Shown here: positions 49,301 through 64,000 of the stretch, piece by piece
How the letters are laid out: each line of letters starts with the position of its first letter
Position numbering within the stretch: the stretch's first letter is position 1
Source of the DNA: Antedon mediterranea
Taxonomy: Eukaryota > Animalia > Echinodermata
NCBI RefSeq assembly: GCF_964355755.1
Contig: NC_092678.1
Span: forward strand, 10,972,352-11,036,351
Reading direction: 5' to 3'
Length of the DNA: 64,000 bases
The notes under the pieces: model-generated
Told to the model about the DNA's origin: nothing
The model's database searches: none
What the model saw: only the letters and a program-made list of their open reading frames with translations
Translations under genes and position numbers: made by a program

Positions 49301-50011
49301 GTCTCCAAATGCGATTTGAAGCTATTCTGTACACTTTGATGTTTTGTGTGAAAAAGTTTTAACGAAATGCTCAAAATGGTCTAAAACGGTTCTAATGTGA
49401 TTTTAAGCACTTTGATGTTTTTATATAACCAAGTTTCATCGAAATGCACAAAATGGTCTAAAACGTTTCCAAATGCGATTTAAAGCTATTCTAGACACTT
49501 TGATGTTTTGTGTGAAAAAGTTTTCTCGAAATGCTCAAAATGGTCTAAAACGTTTTCCAATACCATATTAAGCTATTTTGTGCAATTTGATGTTTTTGTG
49601 TAACCAAGTTTTTTCAAAAATCACAAAATTGTCTAAAACGTCTCCGAATGCGATTTAAAGCTCTTCTGTACACTTTGATGTTTTGTGTGAAAAAGTTTTG
49701 TCGAAATGCTCAAAATGGTCTAAAACGTTTTTAAATACGATATTAAGCTGTTTTGTGCACTTTGATGTTTTTGTGTAACCAAGTTTCATCGAAATGAACA
49801 AAATGGTCTAAAACGTCTCCAAATGCGATTTGAAGCTTTTTCAAGCACTTTGCTGTTTTTATGTTAACAAGTTTTTTCGAAAATCACAAAATTGTCTAAA
49901 ACGTCTCAAAATGCGATTTGAAGGTATTCTGAGCACTTTGGTGTTTTTGTGTGAAAAGTTTTAACGAAATGCTCAAAATGGTTTAAAACGGTTTCTAATG
50001 TGATTTTAAGC
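28336..50011. repeat. 87-88-bp satellite array, segment 4 (uninterrupted, higher-order organised)
   Basis: About 250 monomers. A full 12-variant cycle spans 38461-39488 (1028 bp). Confidence 0.97.
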
Positions 50012-53000
50012 TTGAACGAAAAAAAATGATTTATTACTGGCCATTGTATTGAGTTGTACCATTGAAAGGAACAAAATGATTAATTACTGGCCATTTTATT
50101 GAGTTGGAACAAAATGATTAATTACTAACCATTTTATTGAGTTGTACCATTGAATGGAACAAAATGAATAATTATTGGCCATTGTATTGAGTTGTACCAT
50201 TGAATGGAACAAATTGATTAATTACTGGCCATTGTATTGAGTTGTACTATTGAATGGAACAAAATGATTAATTACTAACCATTGTATTGAGTTGTACTAT
50301 TGAATGGAACAAAATGATTAATTACTGGCCTTTGTATTGAGTTGTACCATTGAATGGAACAAAATGATTAATTACTGGCCATTGTATTGAGTTGTACCAT
50401 TGAATGGAACAAAATGATTAATTACTGGCCATTGTATTGAGTTATACCATTGAATGGAACAAAATGATTAATTACTTTCCATTGTATTGAGTTCTACCAT
50501 TGAATGGAACAAAATGATTAATTGCTGGCTATTGTATTGAGTTGTACCATTGAATGGAACAAATTGATTACTTACTGGCCATTGTATTGAGTTGTACCAT
50601 TGAATGGAACAAATGATTAATTACTGGCCATTGTATTAAGTTGTATCATTGAATGGAACAAAATGATTAATTACTGGCCATTGTATTGAGTTGTACCATT
50701 GAAAGGAACAAAATGATTAATTACTGGCCATTGTATTGAGTTGTACCATTGAATGGAACAAAATGATTAATTACTGGCCATTGTATTGAGTTGTACCATT
50801 GAATGGAACAAAATAATTAATTACTGGCCATTGTATTGAGTTGTACCATTGAATGGAACAAAATGATTGATTACTGGCCATTGTATTGAGTTGTACCATT
50901 GAACGGAACAAAATAATTAATTACTGGCCATTGTATTGAGTTGTACCATTGAAAGGAACAAAATGATTAATTACTGGCCATTGTATTGAGTTGTACCATT
51001 GAATGGAACAAAATGATTAATTACTGGCCATTTTATTGAGTTGTACCATTGAATTGAACAAAATGATTAATTACTGGCCATTGTATTGAGTTGTACCATT
51101 GAATTGAACAAAATGATTAATTACTGGCCATTGTATTGAGTTGTACCATTGAATGGAACGAAATGATTAATTATTAGCCATTGTATTGAGTTGTACCATT
51201 GAATGGAACAAAATGATTGATTACTGGCCATTGTATTGAGTTGTACCATTGAATGGAACAAAATGATTAATTACTAACCATTTTATTGAGTTGTACCATT
51301 GAATGGAACAAAATGAATAATTATTGGCCATTGTATTGAGTTGTACAATTGAATGGAACAAAATGATTAATTACTAACCATTTTATTGAGTTGTACCATT
51401 GAATGGAACAAAATGAATAATTATTGGCCATTGTATTGAGTTGTACCATTGAATGGAACAAATTGATTAATTACTGGCCATTGTATTGAGTTGTACTATT
51501 GAATGGAACAAAATGATTAATTACTAACCATTGTATTGAGTTGTACTATTGAATGGAACAAAATGATTAATTACTGGCCTTTGTATTGAGTTGTACCATT
51601 GAATGGAACAAAATGATTAATTACTGGCCATTGTATTGAGTTGTACCATTGAATGGAACAAAATGATTAATTACTGGCCATTGTATTGAGTTGTACCATT
51701 GAATGGAACAAAATGATTAATTACTTTCCATTGTATTGAGTTGTACCATTGAATGGAACAAAATGATTAATTGCTGGCTATTGTATTGAGTTGTACCATT
51801 GAATGGAACAAATTGATTACTTACTGGCCATTGTATTGAGTTGTACCATTGAATGGAACAAAATCATTAATTACTGGCCATTGTATTGAGTTGTACCATT
51901 GAATGGAACAAAATGATTAATTACTGGCCATTGTATTGAGTTGTAACATTGAAGGGACAAAATGATTAATTGATTGATTAATAATGAGTATGAAATAAAA
52001 TAAAAAAATAAAAATTGTATTGAGTTGTACCATAGAATGGAACAAAATGATTAGTTACTGGCCATTGTATTGAGTTGTACCATTGAATGGAACAAAATGA
52101 TTAGTTACTGGCCATTGTATTGAGTTGTACCATTGAATGGAACAAAATGATTAAATACTGGCCATTGTATTGAGTTGTACCATTGAATGGAACAAAATGA
52201 TTAATTACTAACCATTGTATTGAGTTGTACCATTGAATGGAATAAAATGATTAATTAATGGCCATTGCATTGAGTTGTACCATTGAATGGAACAAAATGA
52301 TTAATTACTGGCCATTGTATTGAGTTGTACCATTGAATGGAACAAAATGATTAATTACTGGCCATTGTATTGAGTTGTACCATTGAATGGAACAAAATGA
52401 ATAATTACTGGCCATTGCATTGAGTTGTACCATTGAATGGAACAAAATGATTAATTACTGGCCATTGTATTGAGTTGTACCATTGAATGGAACAAACTGA
52501 TTAATTACTGGCCATTGTATTGAGTTGTACCATTGAATGGAACAAAATGATTAATTACTGGCCATTGTATTGAATTGTACCATTGAATGGAACAAAATGA
52601 TTATTTACTGGCCATTGTATTGAGTTGTATCATTGAATGGAACAAAATCATTAATTACTGGCCATTGTATTGAGTTGTACCATTGAATGGAACAAAATGA
52701 TTAATTACTGGCCATTGTATTGAGTTGTACCATTGAATGGAACAAAATGATTAATTATTGGCCATTGCATTGAGTTGTACTATTGAATGGAACAAAATGA
52801 TTAATTACTGGCCATTGTATTGAGTTGTACCATTGAATGGAACAAAATGATTAATTACTGGCCATTGCATTGAGTTGTACAATTGAAAGGAACAAAATGA
52901 TTAATTACTGGCCATTGTATTGAGTTGTACCATTGAATGGAACAAAATGATTAATTAATGGCCATTGTATTGAGTTGTACCATTGAATGGAACAAAATGA

Positions 53001-56000
53001 TTAATTACTGGCCATTGTATTGAGTTGTACCATTGAATTGAACAAAATGATTAATTACTGGCCATTGTATTGAGTTGTACCATTGAATGGAACAAAATGA
53101 TTAATTGCTGGCCATTCTATTGAGTTGTACCATTGAATGGAACAAAATGATTGATTACAGGCCATTGTATTGAGTAGTACCATTGAATGGAACAAAATGA
53201 TTAATTACTGGCCATTGTATTGAATTGTACCATTGAATGGAACAAAATGATTATTTACTGGCCATTGTATTGAGTTGTATCATTGAATGGAACAAAATCA
53301 TTAATTACTGGCCATTGTATTGAGTTGTACCATTGAATGGAACAAAATGATTAATTGATTGATTAATAATGAGTATGAAATAAAATAAAAAAATAAAAAT
53401 TGTATTGAGTTGTACCATTGAATGGAACAAAATGATTAGTTACTGGCCATTGTATTGAGTTGTACCATTAAATGGAACAAAATGATTAATTGCTGGCCAT
53501 TGTATTGAGTTGTACCATTGAATGGAACAAAATGATTAATTACTGGCCATTGTATTGAGTTGTACCATTGAATGGAACAAAATGATTATTTACTAACCAT
53601 TGTATTGAGTTGTACCATTGAATGGAACAAAATGATTTATTACTTGCCTTTGTATTGAGTTGTACCATTGAATGGAACAAAATGATTAATTGCTTTTTCC
53701 TTTTTTTTAATTTATTTGGAATCTGGCCATTGTATTGAGTTGTACCATTGAATGGAACAAAATGATTAATTACTGGCCATTGTATTGAGTTGTACCATTG
53801 AATGGAACAAAATGATTAATTACTGGCCATTGTATTGAGTTGTACCATTGAATGGAACAAAATGATTAATTACTGGCCATTGTATTGAATTGTACCATTG
53901 AATGGAACAAAATGATTATTTACTGGCCATTGTATTGAGTTGTATCATTGAATGGAACAAAATCATTAATTACTGGCCATTGTATTGAGTTGTACCATTG
54001 AATGGAACAAAATGATTAATTACTGGCCATTGTATTGAGTTGTACCATTGAATGGAACAAAATGATTAATTATTGGCCATTGCATTGAGTTGTACTATTG
54101 AATGGAACAAAATGATTAATTACTGGCCATTGTATTGAGTTGTACCATTGAATGGAACAAAATGATTAATTACTGGCCATTGCATTGAGTTGTACAATTG
54201 AAAGGAACAAAATGATTAATTACTGGCCATTGTATTGAGTTGTACCATTGAATGGAACAAAATGATTAATTAATGGCCATTGTATTGAGTTGTACCATTG
54301 AATGGAACAAAATGATTAATTACTGGCCATTGTATTGAGTTGTACCATTGAATTGAACAAAATGATTAATTACTGGCCATTGTATTGAGTTGTACCATTG
54401 AATGGAACAAAATGATTAATTGCTGGCCATTCTATTGAGTTGTACCATTGAATGGAACAAAATGATTGATTACAGGCCATTGTATTGAGTAGTACCATTG
54501 AATGGAACAAAATGATTAATTACTGGCCATTGTATTGAATTGTACCATTGAATGGAACAAAATGATTATTTACTGGCCATTGTATTGAGTTGTATCATTG
54601 AATGGAACAAAATCATTAATTACTGGCCATTGTATTGAGTTGTACCATTGAATGGAACAAAATGATTAATTGATTGATTAATAATGAGTATGAAATAAAA
54701 TAAAAAAATAAAAATTGTATTGAGTTGTACCATTGAATGGAACAAAATGATTAGTTACTGGCCATTGTATTGAGTTGTACCATTAAATGGAACAAAATGA
54801 TTAATTGCTGGCCATTGTATTGAGTTGTACCATTGAATGGAACAAAATGATTAATTACTGGCCATTGTATTGAGTTGTACCATTGAATGGAACAAAATGA
54901 TTATTTACTAACCATTGTATTGAGTTGTACCATTGAATGGAACAAAATGATTTATTACTTGCCTTTGTATTGAGTTGTACCATTGAATGGAACAAAATGA
55001 TTAATTGCTTTTTCCTTTTTTTTAATTTATTTGGAATCTGGCCATTGTATTGAGTTGTACCATTGAATGGAACAAAATGATTAATTACTGGCCATTGTAT
55101 TGAGTTGTACCATTGAATGGAACAAAATGATTAATTACTGGCCATTGTATTGAGTTGTACCATTGAATGGAACAAAATAATTAATTACTGGCCATTGTAT
55201 TGAGTTGTACCATTGAATGGAACAAAATGATTGATTACTGGCCATTGTATTGAGTTGTACCATTGAACGGAACAAAATAATTAATTACTGGCCATTGTAT
55301 TGAGTTGTACCATTGAAAGGAACAAAATGATTAATTACTGGCCATTGTATTTAGTTGTACCATTGAATGGAACAAAATGATTAATTACTGGCCATTTTAT
55401 TGAGTTGTACCATTGAATTGAACAAAATGATTAATTACTGGCCATTGTATTGAGTTGTACCATTGAATTGAACAAAATGATTAATTACTGGCCATTGTAT
55501 TGAGTTGTACCATTGAATGGAACGAAATGATTAATTATTAGCCATTGTATTGAGTTGTACCATTGAATGGAACAAAATGATTGATTACTGGCCATTGTAT
55601 TGAGTTGTACCATTGAATGGAACAAAATGATTAATTACTAACCATTTTATTGAGTTGTACCATTGAATGGAACAAAATGAATAATTATTGGCCATTGTAT
55701 TGAGTTGTACAATTGAATGGAACAAAATGATTAATTACTAACCATTTTATTGAGTTGTACCATTGAATGGAACAAAATGAATAATTATTGGCCATTGTAT
55801 TGAGTTGTACCATTGAATGGAACAAATTGATTAATTACTGGCCATTGTATTGAGTTGTACTATTGAATGGAACAAAATGATTAATTACTAACCATTGTAT
55901 TGAGTTGTACTATTGAATGGAACAAAATGATTAATTACTGGCCTTTGTATTGAGTTGCACCATTGAATGGAACAAAATGATTAATTACTGGCCATTGTAT

Positions 56001-59000
56001 TGAGTTGTACCATTGAATGGAACAAAATGATTAATTACTGGCCATTGTATTGAGTTGTACCATTGAATGGAACAAAATGATTAATTACTTTCCATTGTAT
56101 TGAGTTGTACCATTGAATGGAACAAAATGATTAATTGCTGGCTATTGTATTGAGTTGTACCATTGAATGGAACAAATTGATTACTTACTGGCCATTGTAT
56201 TGAGTTGTACCATTGAATGGAACAAAATCATTAATTACTGGCCATTGTATTGAGTTGTACCATTGAATGGAACAAAATGATTAATTACTGGCCATTGTAT
56301 TGAGTTGTAACATTGAAGGGACAAAATGATTAATTGATTGATTAATAATGAGTATGAAATAAAATAAAAAAATAAAAATTGTATTGAGTTGTACCATAGA
56401 ATGGAACAAAATGATTAGTTACTGGCCATTGTATTGAGTTGTACCATTGAATGGAACAAAATGATTAAATACTGGCCATTGTATTGAGTTGTACCATTGA
56501 ATGGAACAAAATGATTAATTACTAACCATTGTATTGAGTTGTACCATTGAATGGAATAAAATGATTAATTAATGGCCATTGCATTGAGTTGTACCATTGA
56601 ATGGAACAAAATGATTAATTACTGGCCATTGTATTGAGTTGTACCATTGAATGGAACAAAATGATTAATTACTGGCCATTGTATTGAGTTGTACCATTGA
56701 ATGGAACAAAATGAATAATTACTGGCCATTGCATTGAGTTGTACCATTGAATGGAACAAAATGATTAATTACTGGCCATTGTATTGAGTTGTACCATTGA
56801 ATGGAACAAACTGATTAATTACTGGCCATTGTATTGAGTTGTACCATTGAATGGAACAAAATGATTAATTACTGGCCATTGTATTGAATTGTACCATTGA
56901 ATGGAACAAAATGATTATTTACTGGCCATTGTATTGAGTTGTATCATTGAATGGAACAAAATCATTAATTACTGGCCATTGTATTGAGTTGTACCATTGA
57001 ATGGAACAAAATGATTAATTACTAACCATTTTATTGAGTTGTACCATTGAATGGAACAAAATGATTAATTACTGGCCATTGTATTGAGTTGTACCATTGA
57101 ATGGAACAAAATGATTTATTATTGGCCATTGCATTGAGTTGTACTATTGAATGGAACAAAATGATTAATTACTGGCCATTGTATTGAGTTGTACCATTGA
57201 ATGGAACAAAATGATTAATTACTGGCCATTGCATTGAGTTGTACAATTGAAAGGAACAAAATGATTAATTACTGGCCATTGTATTGAGTTGTACCAATGA
57301 ATGGAACAAAATGATTAATTACTGGCCATTGTATTGAGTTGTACCATTGAATGGAACAAAATGATTAATTACTGGCCATTGTATTGAGTTGTACCATTGA
57401 ATTGAACAAAATGATTAATTACTGGCCATTGTATTGAGTTGTACCATTGAATGGAACAAAATGATTAATTGCTGGCCATTATATTGAGTTGTACCATTGA
57501 ATGGAACAAAATGATTGATTACAGGCCATTGTATTGAGTAGTACCATTGAATGGAACAAAATGATTAATTACTGGCCATTGTATTGAATTTTACCATTGA
57601 ATGGAACAAAATGATTATTTACTGGCCATTGTATTGAGTTGTATCATTGAATGGAACAAAATCATTAATTACTGGCCATTGTATTGAGTTGTACCATTGA
57701 ATGGAACAAAATGATTAATTGATTGATTAATAATGAGTATGAAATAAAATAAAAAAATAAAAATTGTATTGAGTTGTACCATTGAATGGAACAAAATGAT
57801 TAGTTACTGGCCATTGTATTGAGTTGTACCATTAAATGGAACAAAATGATTAATTGCTGGCCATTGTATTGAGTTGTACCATTGAATGGAACAAAATGAT
57901 TAATTACTGGCCATTGTATTGAGTTGTACCATTGAATGGAACAAAATGATTATTTACTAACCATTGTATTGAGTTGTACCATTGAATGGAACAAAATGAT
58001 TTATTACTTGCCTTTGTATTGAGTTGTACCATTGAATGGAACAAAATGATTAATTGCTTTTTCCTTTTTTTTAATTTATTTGGCATCTGGCCATTGTATT
58101 GAGTTGTACCATTGAATGGAACAAAATGATTAATTACTGGCCATTGTATTGAGTTGTACCATTGAATGGAACAAAATGATTAATTACTGGCCATTGCATT
58201 GAGTTGTACCATTGAATGGAACAAAATGATTAATTACTGGCCATTGCATTGAGTTGTACCATTGAATGGAACAAAATGATTAGTTACTGGCCATTGTATT
58301 GAGTTGTACCATTGAATGGAACAAAATGATTAATTACTGGCCATTGTATTGAGTTGTACCATTGAATGGAACAAAATGATTAATTACTGGCCATTGCATT
58401 GAGCTGTTCAATTGAATGGAACAAAATGATTAATTACTGGCCATTGCATTGAGTTGTACCATTGAATGGAACAAAATGATTAATTACTGGCCATTGTATT
58501 GAGTTGTACCATTGAATGGAACAAAATGATTAATTACTGGCCATTGCATTGAGTTGTACCATAGAATGGAACAAAATGATTAATTACTGGCCATTGTATT
58601 GAGTTGTACCATTGAATGGAACAAAATGATTAATTATTGGCCATTGTATTGAGTTGTACTATTGAATGGAACAAAATGATTAATTACTGGCCATTGTATT
58701 GAGTTGTACCATTGAATGGAACAAAATGATTAATTACTGGCCATTGTATTGAGTTGTACCATTGAATGGAACAAAATGATTAGTTACTGGCCATTGTATT
58801 GAGTTGTACCATTGAATTGAACAAAATGATTAATTACTGGCCATTGTATTGAGTTGTACCATTGAATGGAACGAAATGATTAATTATTAGCCATTGTATT
58901 GAGTTGTACCATTGAATGGAACAAAATGATTGATTACTGGCCATTGTATTGAGTTGTACCATTGAATGGAACAAAATGATTAATTACTAACCATTTTATT

Positions 59001-62000
59001 GAGTTGTACCATTGAATGGAACAAAATGAATAATTATTGGCCATTGTATTGAGTTGTACAATTGAATGGAACAAAATGATTAATTACTAACCATTTTATT
59101 GAGTTGTACCATTGAATGGAACAAAATGAATAATTATTGGCCATTGTATTGAGTTGTACCATTGAATGGAACAAATTGATTAATTACTGGCCATTGTATT
59201 GAGTTGTACTATTGAATGGAACAAAATGATTAATTACTAACCATTGTATTGAGTTGTACTATTGAATGGAACAAAATGATTAATTACTGGCCTTTGTATT
59301 GAGTTGTACCATTGAATGGAACAAAATGATTAATTACTGGCCATTGTATTGAGTTGTACCATTGAATGGAACAAAATGATTAATTACTGGCCATTGTATT
59401 GAGTTGTACCATTGAATGGAACAAAATGATTAATTACTTTCCATTGTATTGAGTTGTACCATTGAATGGAACAAAATGATTAATTGCTGGCTATTGTATT
59501 GAGTTGTACCATTGAATGGAACAAATTGATTACTTACTGGCCATTGTATTGAGTTGTACCATTGAATGGAACAAAATCATTAATTACTGGCCATTGTATT
59601 GAGTTGTACCATTGAATGGAACAAAATGATTAATTACTGGCCATTGTATTGAGTTGTAACATTGAAGGGACAAAATGATTAATTGATTGATTAATAATGA
59701 GTATGAAATAAAATAAAAAAATAAAAATTGTATTGAGTTGTACCATAGAATGGAACAAAATGATTAGTTACTGGCCATTGTATTGAGTTGTACCATTGAA
59801 TGGAACAAAATGATTAAATACTGGCCATTGTATTGAGTTGTACCATTGAATGGAACAAAATGATTAATTACTAACCATTGTATTGAGTTGTACCATTGAA
59901 TGGAATAAAATGATTAATTAATGGCCATTGCATTGAGTTGTACCATTGAATGGAACAAAATGATTAATTACTGGCCATTGTATTGAGTTGTACCATTGAA
60001 TGGAACAAAATGATTAATTACTGGCCATTGTATTGAGTTGTACCATTGAATGGAACAAAATGAATAATTACTGGCCATTGCATTGAGTTGTACCATTGAA
60101 TGGAACAAAATGATTAATTACTGGCCATTGTATTGAGTTGTACCATTGAATGAAACAAACTGATTAATTACTGGCCATTGTATTGAGTTGTACCATTGAA
60201 TGGAACAAAATGATTAATTACTGGCCATTGTATTGAATTGTACCATTGAATGGAACAAAATGATTATTTACTGGCCATTGTATTGAGTTGTATCATTGAA
60301 TGGAACAAAATCATTAATTACTGGCCATTGTATTGAGTTGTACCATTGAATGGAACAAAATGATTAATTACTGGCCATTGTATTGAGTTGTACCATTGAA
60401 TGGAACAAAATGATTAATTATTGGCCATTGCATTGAGTTGTACTATTGAATGGAACAAAATGATTAATTACTGGCCATTGTATTGAGTTGTACCATTGAA
60501 TGGAACAAAATGATTAATTACTGGCCATTGCATTGAGTTGTACAATTGAAAGGAACAAAATGATTAATTACTGGCCATTGTATTGAGTTGTACCATTGAA
60601 TGGAACAAAATGATTAATTAATGGCCATTGTATTGAGTTGTACCATTGAATGGAACAAAATGATTAATTACTGGCCATTGTATTGAGTTGTACCATTGAA
60701 TTGAACAAAATGATTAATTACTGGCCATTGTATTGAGTTGTACCATTGAATGGAACAAAATGATTAATTGCTGGCCATTATATTGAGTTGTACCATTGAA
60801 TGGAACAAAATGATTGATTACAGGCCATTGTATTGAGTAGTACCATTGAATGGAACAAAATGATTAATTACTGGCCATTGTATTGAATTGTACCATTGAA
60901 TGGAACAAAATGATTATTTACTGGCCATTGTATTGAGTTGTATCATTGAATGGAACAAAATCATTAATTACTGGCCATTGTATTGAGTTGTACCATTGAA
61001 TGGAACAAAATGATTAATTGATTGATTAATAATGAGTATGAAATAAAATAAAAAAATAAAAATTGTATTGAGTTGTACCATTGAATGGAACAAAATGATT
61101 AGTTACTGGCCATTGTATTGAGTTGTACCATTAAATGGAACAAAATGATTAATTGCTGGCCATTGTATTGAGTTGTACCATTGAATGGAACAAAATGATT
61201 AATTACTGGCCATTGTATTGAGTTGTACCATTGAATGGAACAAAATGATTATTTACTAACCATTGTATTGAGTTGTACCATTGAATGGAACAAAATGATT
61301 TATTACTTGCCTTTGTATTGAGTTGTACCATTGAATGGAACAAAATGATTAATTGCTTTTTCCTTTTTTTTAATTTATTTGGCATCTGGCCATTGTATTG
61401 AGTTGTACCATTGAATGGAACAAAATGATTAATTACTGGCCATTGTATTGAGTTGTACCATTGAATGGAACAAAATGATTAATTACTGGCCATTGTATTG
61501 AGTTGTACCATTGAATGGAACAAAATAATTAATTACTGGCCATTGTATTGAGTTGTACCATTGAATGGAACAAAATGATTGATTACTGGCCATTGTATTG
61601 AGTTGTACCATTGAACGGAACAAAATAATTAATTACTGGCCATTGTATTGAGTTGTACCATTGAAAGGAACAAAATGATTAATTACTGGCCATTGTATTG
61701 AGTTGTACCATTGAATGGAACAAAATGATTAATTACTGGCCATTTTATTGAGTTGTACCATTGAATTGAACAAAATGATTAATTACTGGCCATTGTATTG
61801 AGTTGTACCATTGAATTGAACAAAATGATTAATTACTGGCCATTGTATTGAGTTGTACCATTGAATGGAACGAAATGATTAATTATTAGCCATTGTATTG
61901 AGTTGTACCATTGAATGGAACAAAATGATTGATTACTGGCCATTGTATTGAGTTGTACCATTGAATGGAACAAAATGATTAATTACTAACCATTTTATTG

Positions 62001-64000
62001 AGTTGTACCATTGAATGGAACAAAATGAATAATTATTGGCCATTGTATTGAGTTGTACAATTGAATGGAACAAAATGATTAATTACTAACCATTTTATTG
62101 AGTTGTACCATTGAATGGAACAAAATGAATAATTATTGGCCATTGTATTGAGTTGTACCATTGAATGGAACAAATTGATTAATTACTGGCCATTGTATTG
62201 AGTTGTACTATTGAATGGAAAAAATGATTAATTACTAACCATTGTATTGAGTTGTACTATTGAATGGAACAAAATGATTAATTACTGGCCTTTGTATTGA
62301 GTTGCACCATTGAATGGAACAAAATGATTAATTACTGGCCATTGTATTGAGTTGTACCATTGAATGGAACAAAATGATTAATTACTGGCCATTGTATTGA
62401 GTTGTACCATTGAATGGAACAAAATGATTAATTACTTTCCATTGTATTGAGTTGTACCATTGAATGGAACAAAATGATTAATTGCTGGCTATTGTATTGA
62501 GTTGTACCATTGAATGGAACAAATTGATTACTTACTGGCCATTGTATTGAGTTGTACCATTGAATGGAACAAAATCATTAATTACTGGCCATTGTATTGA
62601 GTTGTACCATTGAATGGAACAAAATGATTAATTACTGGCCATTGTATTGAGTTGTAACATTGAAGGGACAAAATGATTAATTGATTGATTAATAATGAGT
62701 ATGAAATAAAATAAAAAAATAAAAATTGTATTGAGTTGTACCATAGAATGGAACAAAATGATTAGTTACTGGCCATTGTATTGAGTTGTACCATTGAATG
62801 GAACAAAATGATTAAATACTGGCCATTGTATTGAGTTGTACCATTGAATGGAACAAAATGATTAATTACTAACCATTGTATTGAGTTGTACCATTGAATG
62901 GAATAAAATGATTAATTAATGGCCATTGCATTGAGTTGTACCATTGAATGGAACAAAATGATTAATTACTGGCCATTGTATTGAGTTGTACCATTGAATG
63001 GAACAAAATGATTAATTACTGGCCATTGTATTGAGTTGTACCATTGAATGGAACAAAATGAATAATTACTGGCCATTGCATTGAGTTGTACCATTGAATG
63101 GAACAAAATGATTAATTACTGGCCATTGTATTGAGTTGTACCATTGAATGGAACAAACTGATTAATTACTGGCCATTGTATTGAGTTGTACCATTGAATG
63201 GAACAAAATGATTAATTACTGGCCATTGTATTGAATTGTACCATTGAATGGAACAAAATGATTATTTACTGGCCATTGTATTGAGTTGTATCATTGAATG
63301 GAACAAAATCATTAATTACTGGCCATTGTATTGAGTTGTACCATTGAATGGAACAAAATGATTAATTACTAACCATTTTATTGAGTTGTACCATTGAATG
63401 GAACAAAATGATTAATTACTGGCCATTGTATTGAGTTGTACCATTGAATGGAACAAAATGATTAATTATTGGCCATTGCATTGAGTTGTACTATTGAATG
63501 GAACAAAATGATTAATTACTGGCCATTGTATTGAGTTGTACCATTGAATGGAACAAAATGATTAATTACTGGCCATTGCATTGAGTTGTACAATTGAAAG
63601 GAACAAAATGATTAATTACTGGCCATTGTATTGAGTTGTACCATTGAATGGAACAAAATGATTAATTACTGGCCATTGTATTGAGTTGTACCATTGAATG
63701 GAACAAAATGATTAATTACTGGCCATTGTATTGAGTTGTACCATTGAATTGAACAAAATGATTAATTACTGGCCATTGTATTGAGTTGTACCATTGAATG
63801 GAACAAAATGATTAATTGCTGGCCATTATATTGAGTTGTACCATTGAATGGAACAAAATGATTGATTACAGGCCATTGTATTGAGTAGTACCATTGAATG
63901 GAACAAAATGATTAATTACTGGCCATTGTATTGAATTGTACCATTGAATGGAACAAAATGATTATTTACTGGCCATTGTATTGAGTTGTATCATTGAATG
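50012..64000. repeat. 50-bp satellite array (ATTACTGGCCATTGTATTGAGTTGTACCATTGAATGGAACAAAATGATTA)n with ~3-kb higher-order structure; continues off the right edge
   Basis: 50-bp period with highly similar copies. Recurrent AT-rich marker inserts at 51972, 53357, 54672, 56336, 57721, 59685, 61020 and 62683, and a second type at 53692, 55007, 58056 and 61355. Confidence 0.98.

Noticed and set aside
57904-61385. Two identical 60-aa ORFs
   Set aside because: They are a by-product of the HOR copy of insert Y, 3299 bp apart.
50012-64000. CRISPR-like appearance (palindromic repeat with occasional different inserts)
   Set aside because: Repeats are head-to-tail without unique spacers, the inserts are themselves repeated, there are no cas genes, and the context is eukaryotic with spliceosomal introns.

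Overview
Eukaryotic (animal-like, AT-rich) heterochromatin or centromere-type window with no host genes. It holds three abutting satellite arrays: a ~260-bp satellite carrying a tRNA-like Pol III promoter module (1-1181), an 87-88-bp satellite with a ~1.03-kb 12-monomer higher-order repeat (1182-50011), and a 50-bp dyad-containing satellite with a ~3-kb higher-order repeat (50012-64000). Three transposons interrupt the 88-bp array. (i) A young, nearly full-length minus-strand Ty3/Gypsy LTR retrotransposon (3386-11512), with a non-canonical RT motif (HHDD), an RS/P-rich gag tail, pol in the +1 frame, and a long integrase C-terminal extension ending in a chromodomain-like segment. (ii) A two-gene PIF/Harbinger DNA transposon (16197-21949; spliced transposase plus spliced MADF/BESS gene) containing two nested MITEs. 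(iii) A 0.9-kb non-coding element with a 9-bp TSD and doubly hairpinned ends (27443-28335; Academ-like). Most short ORFs in the track are satellite or antisense artefacts. All alignments and counts were done by eye.
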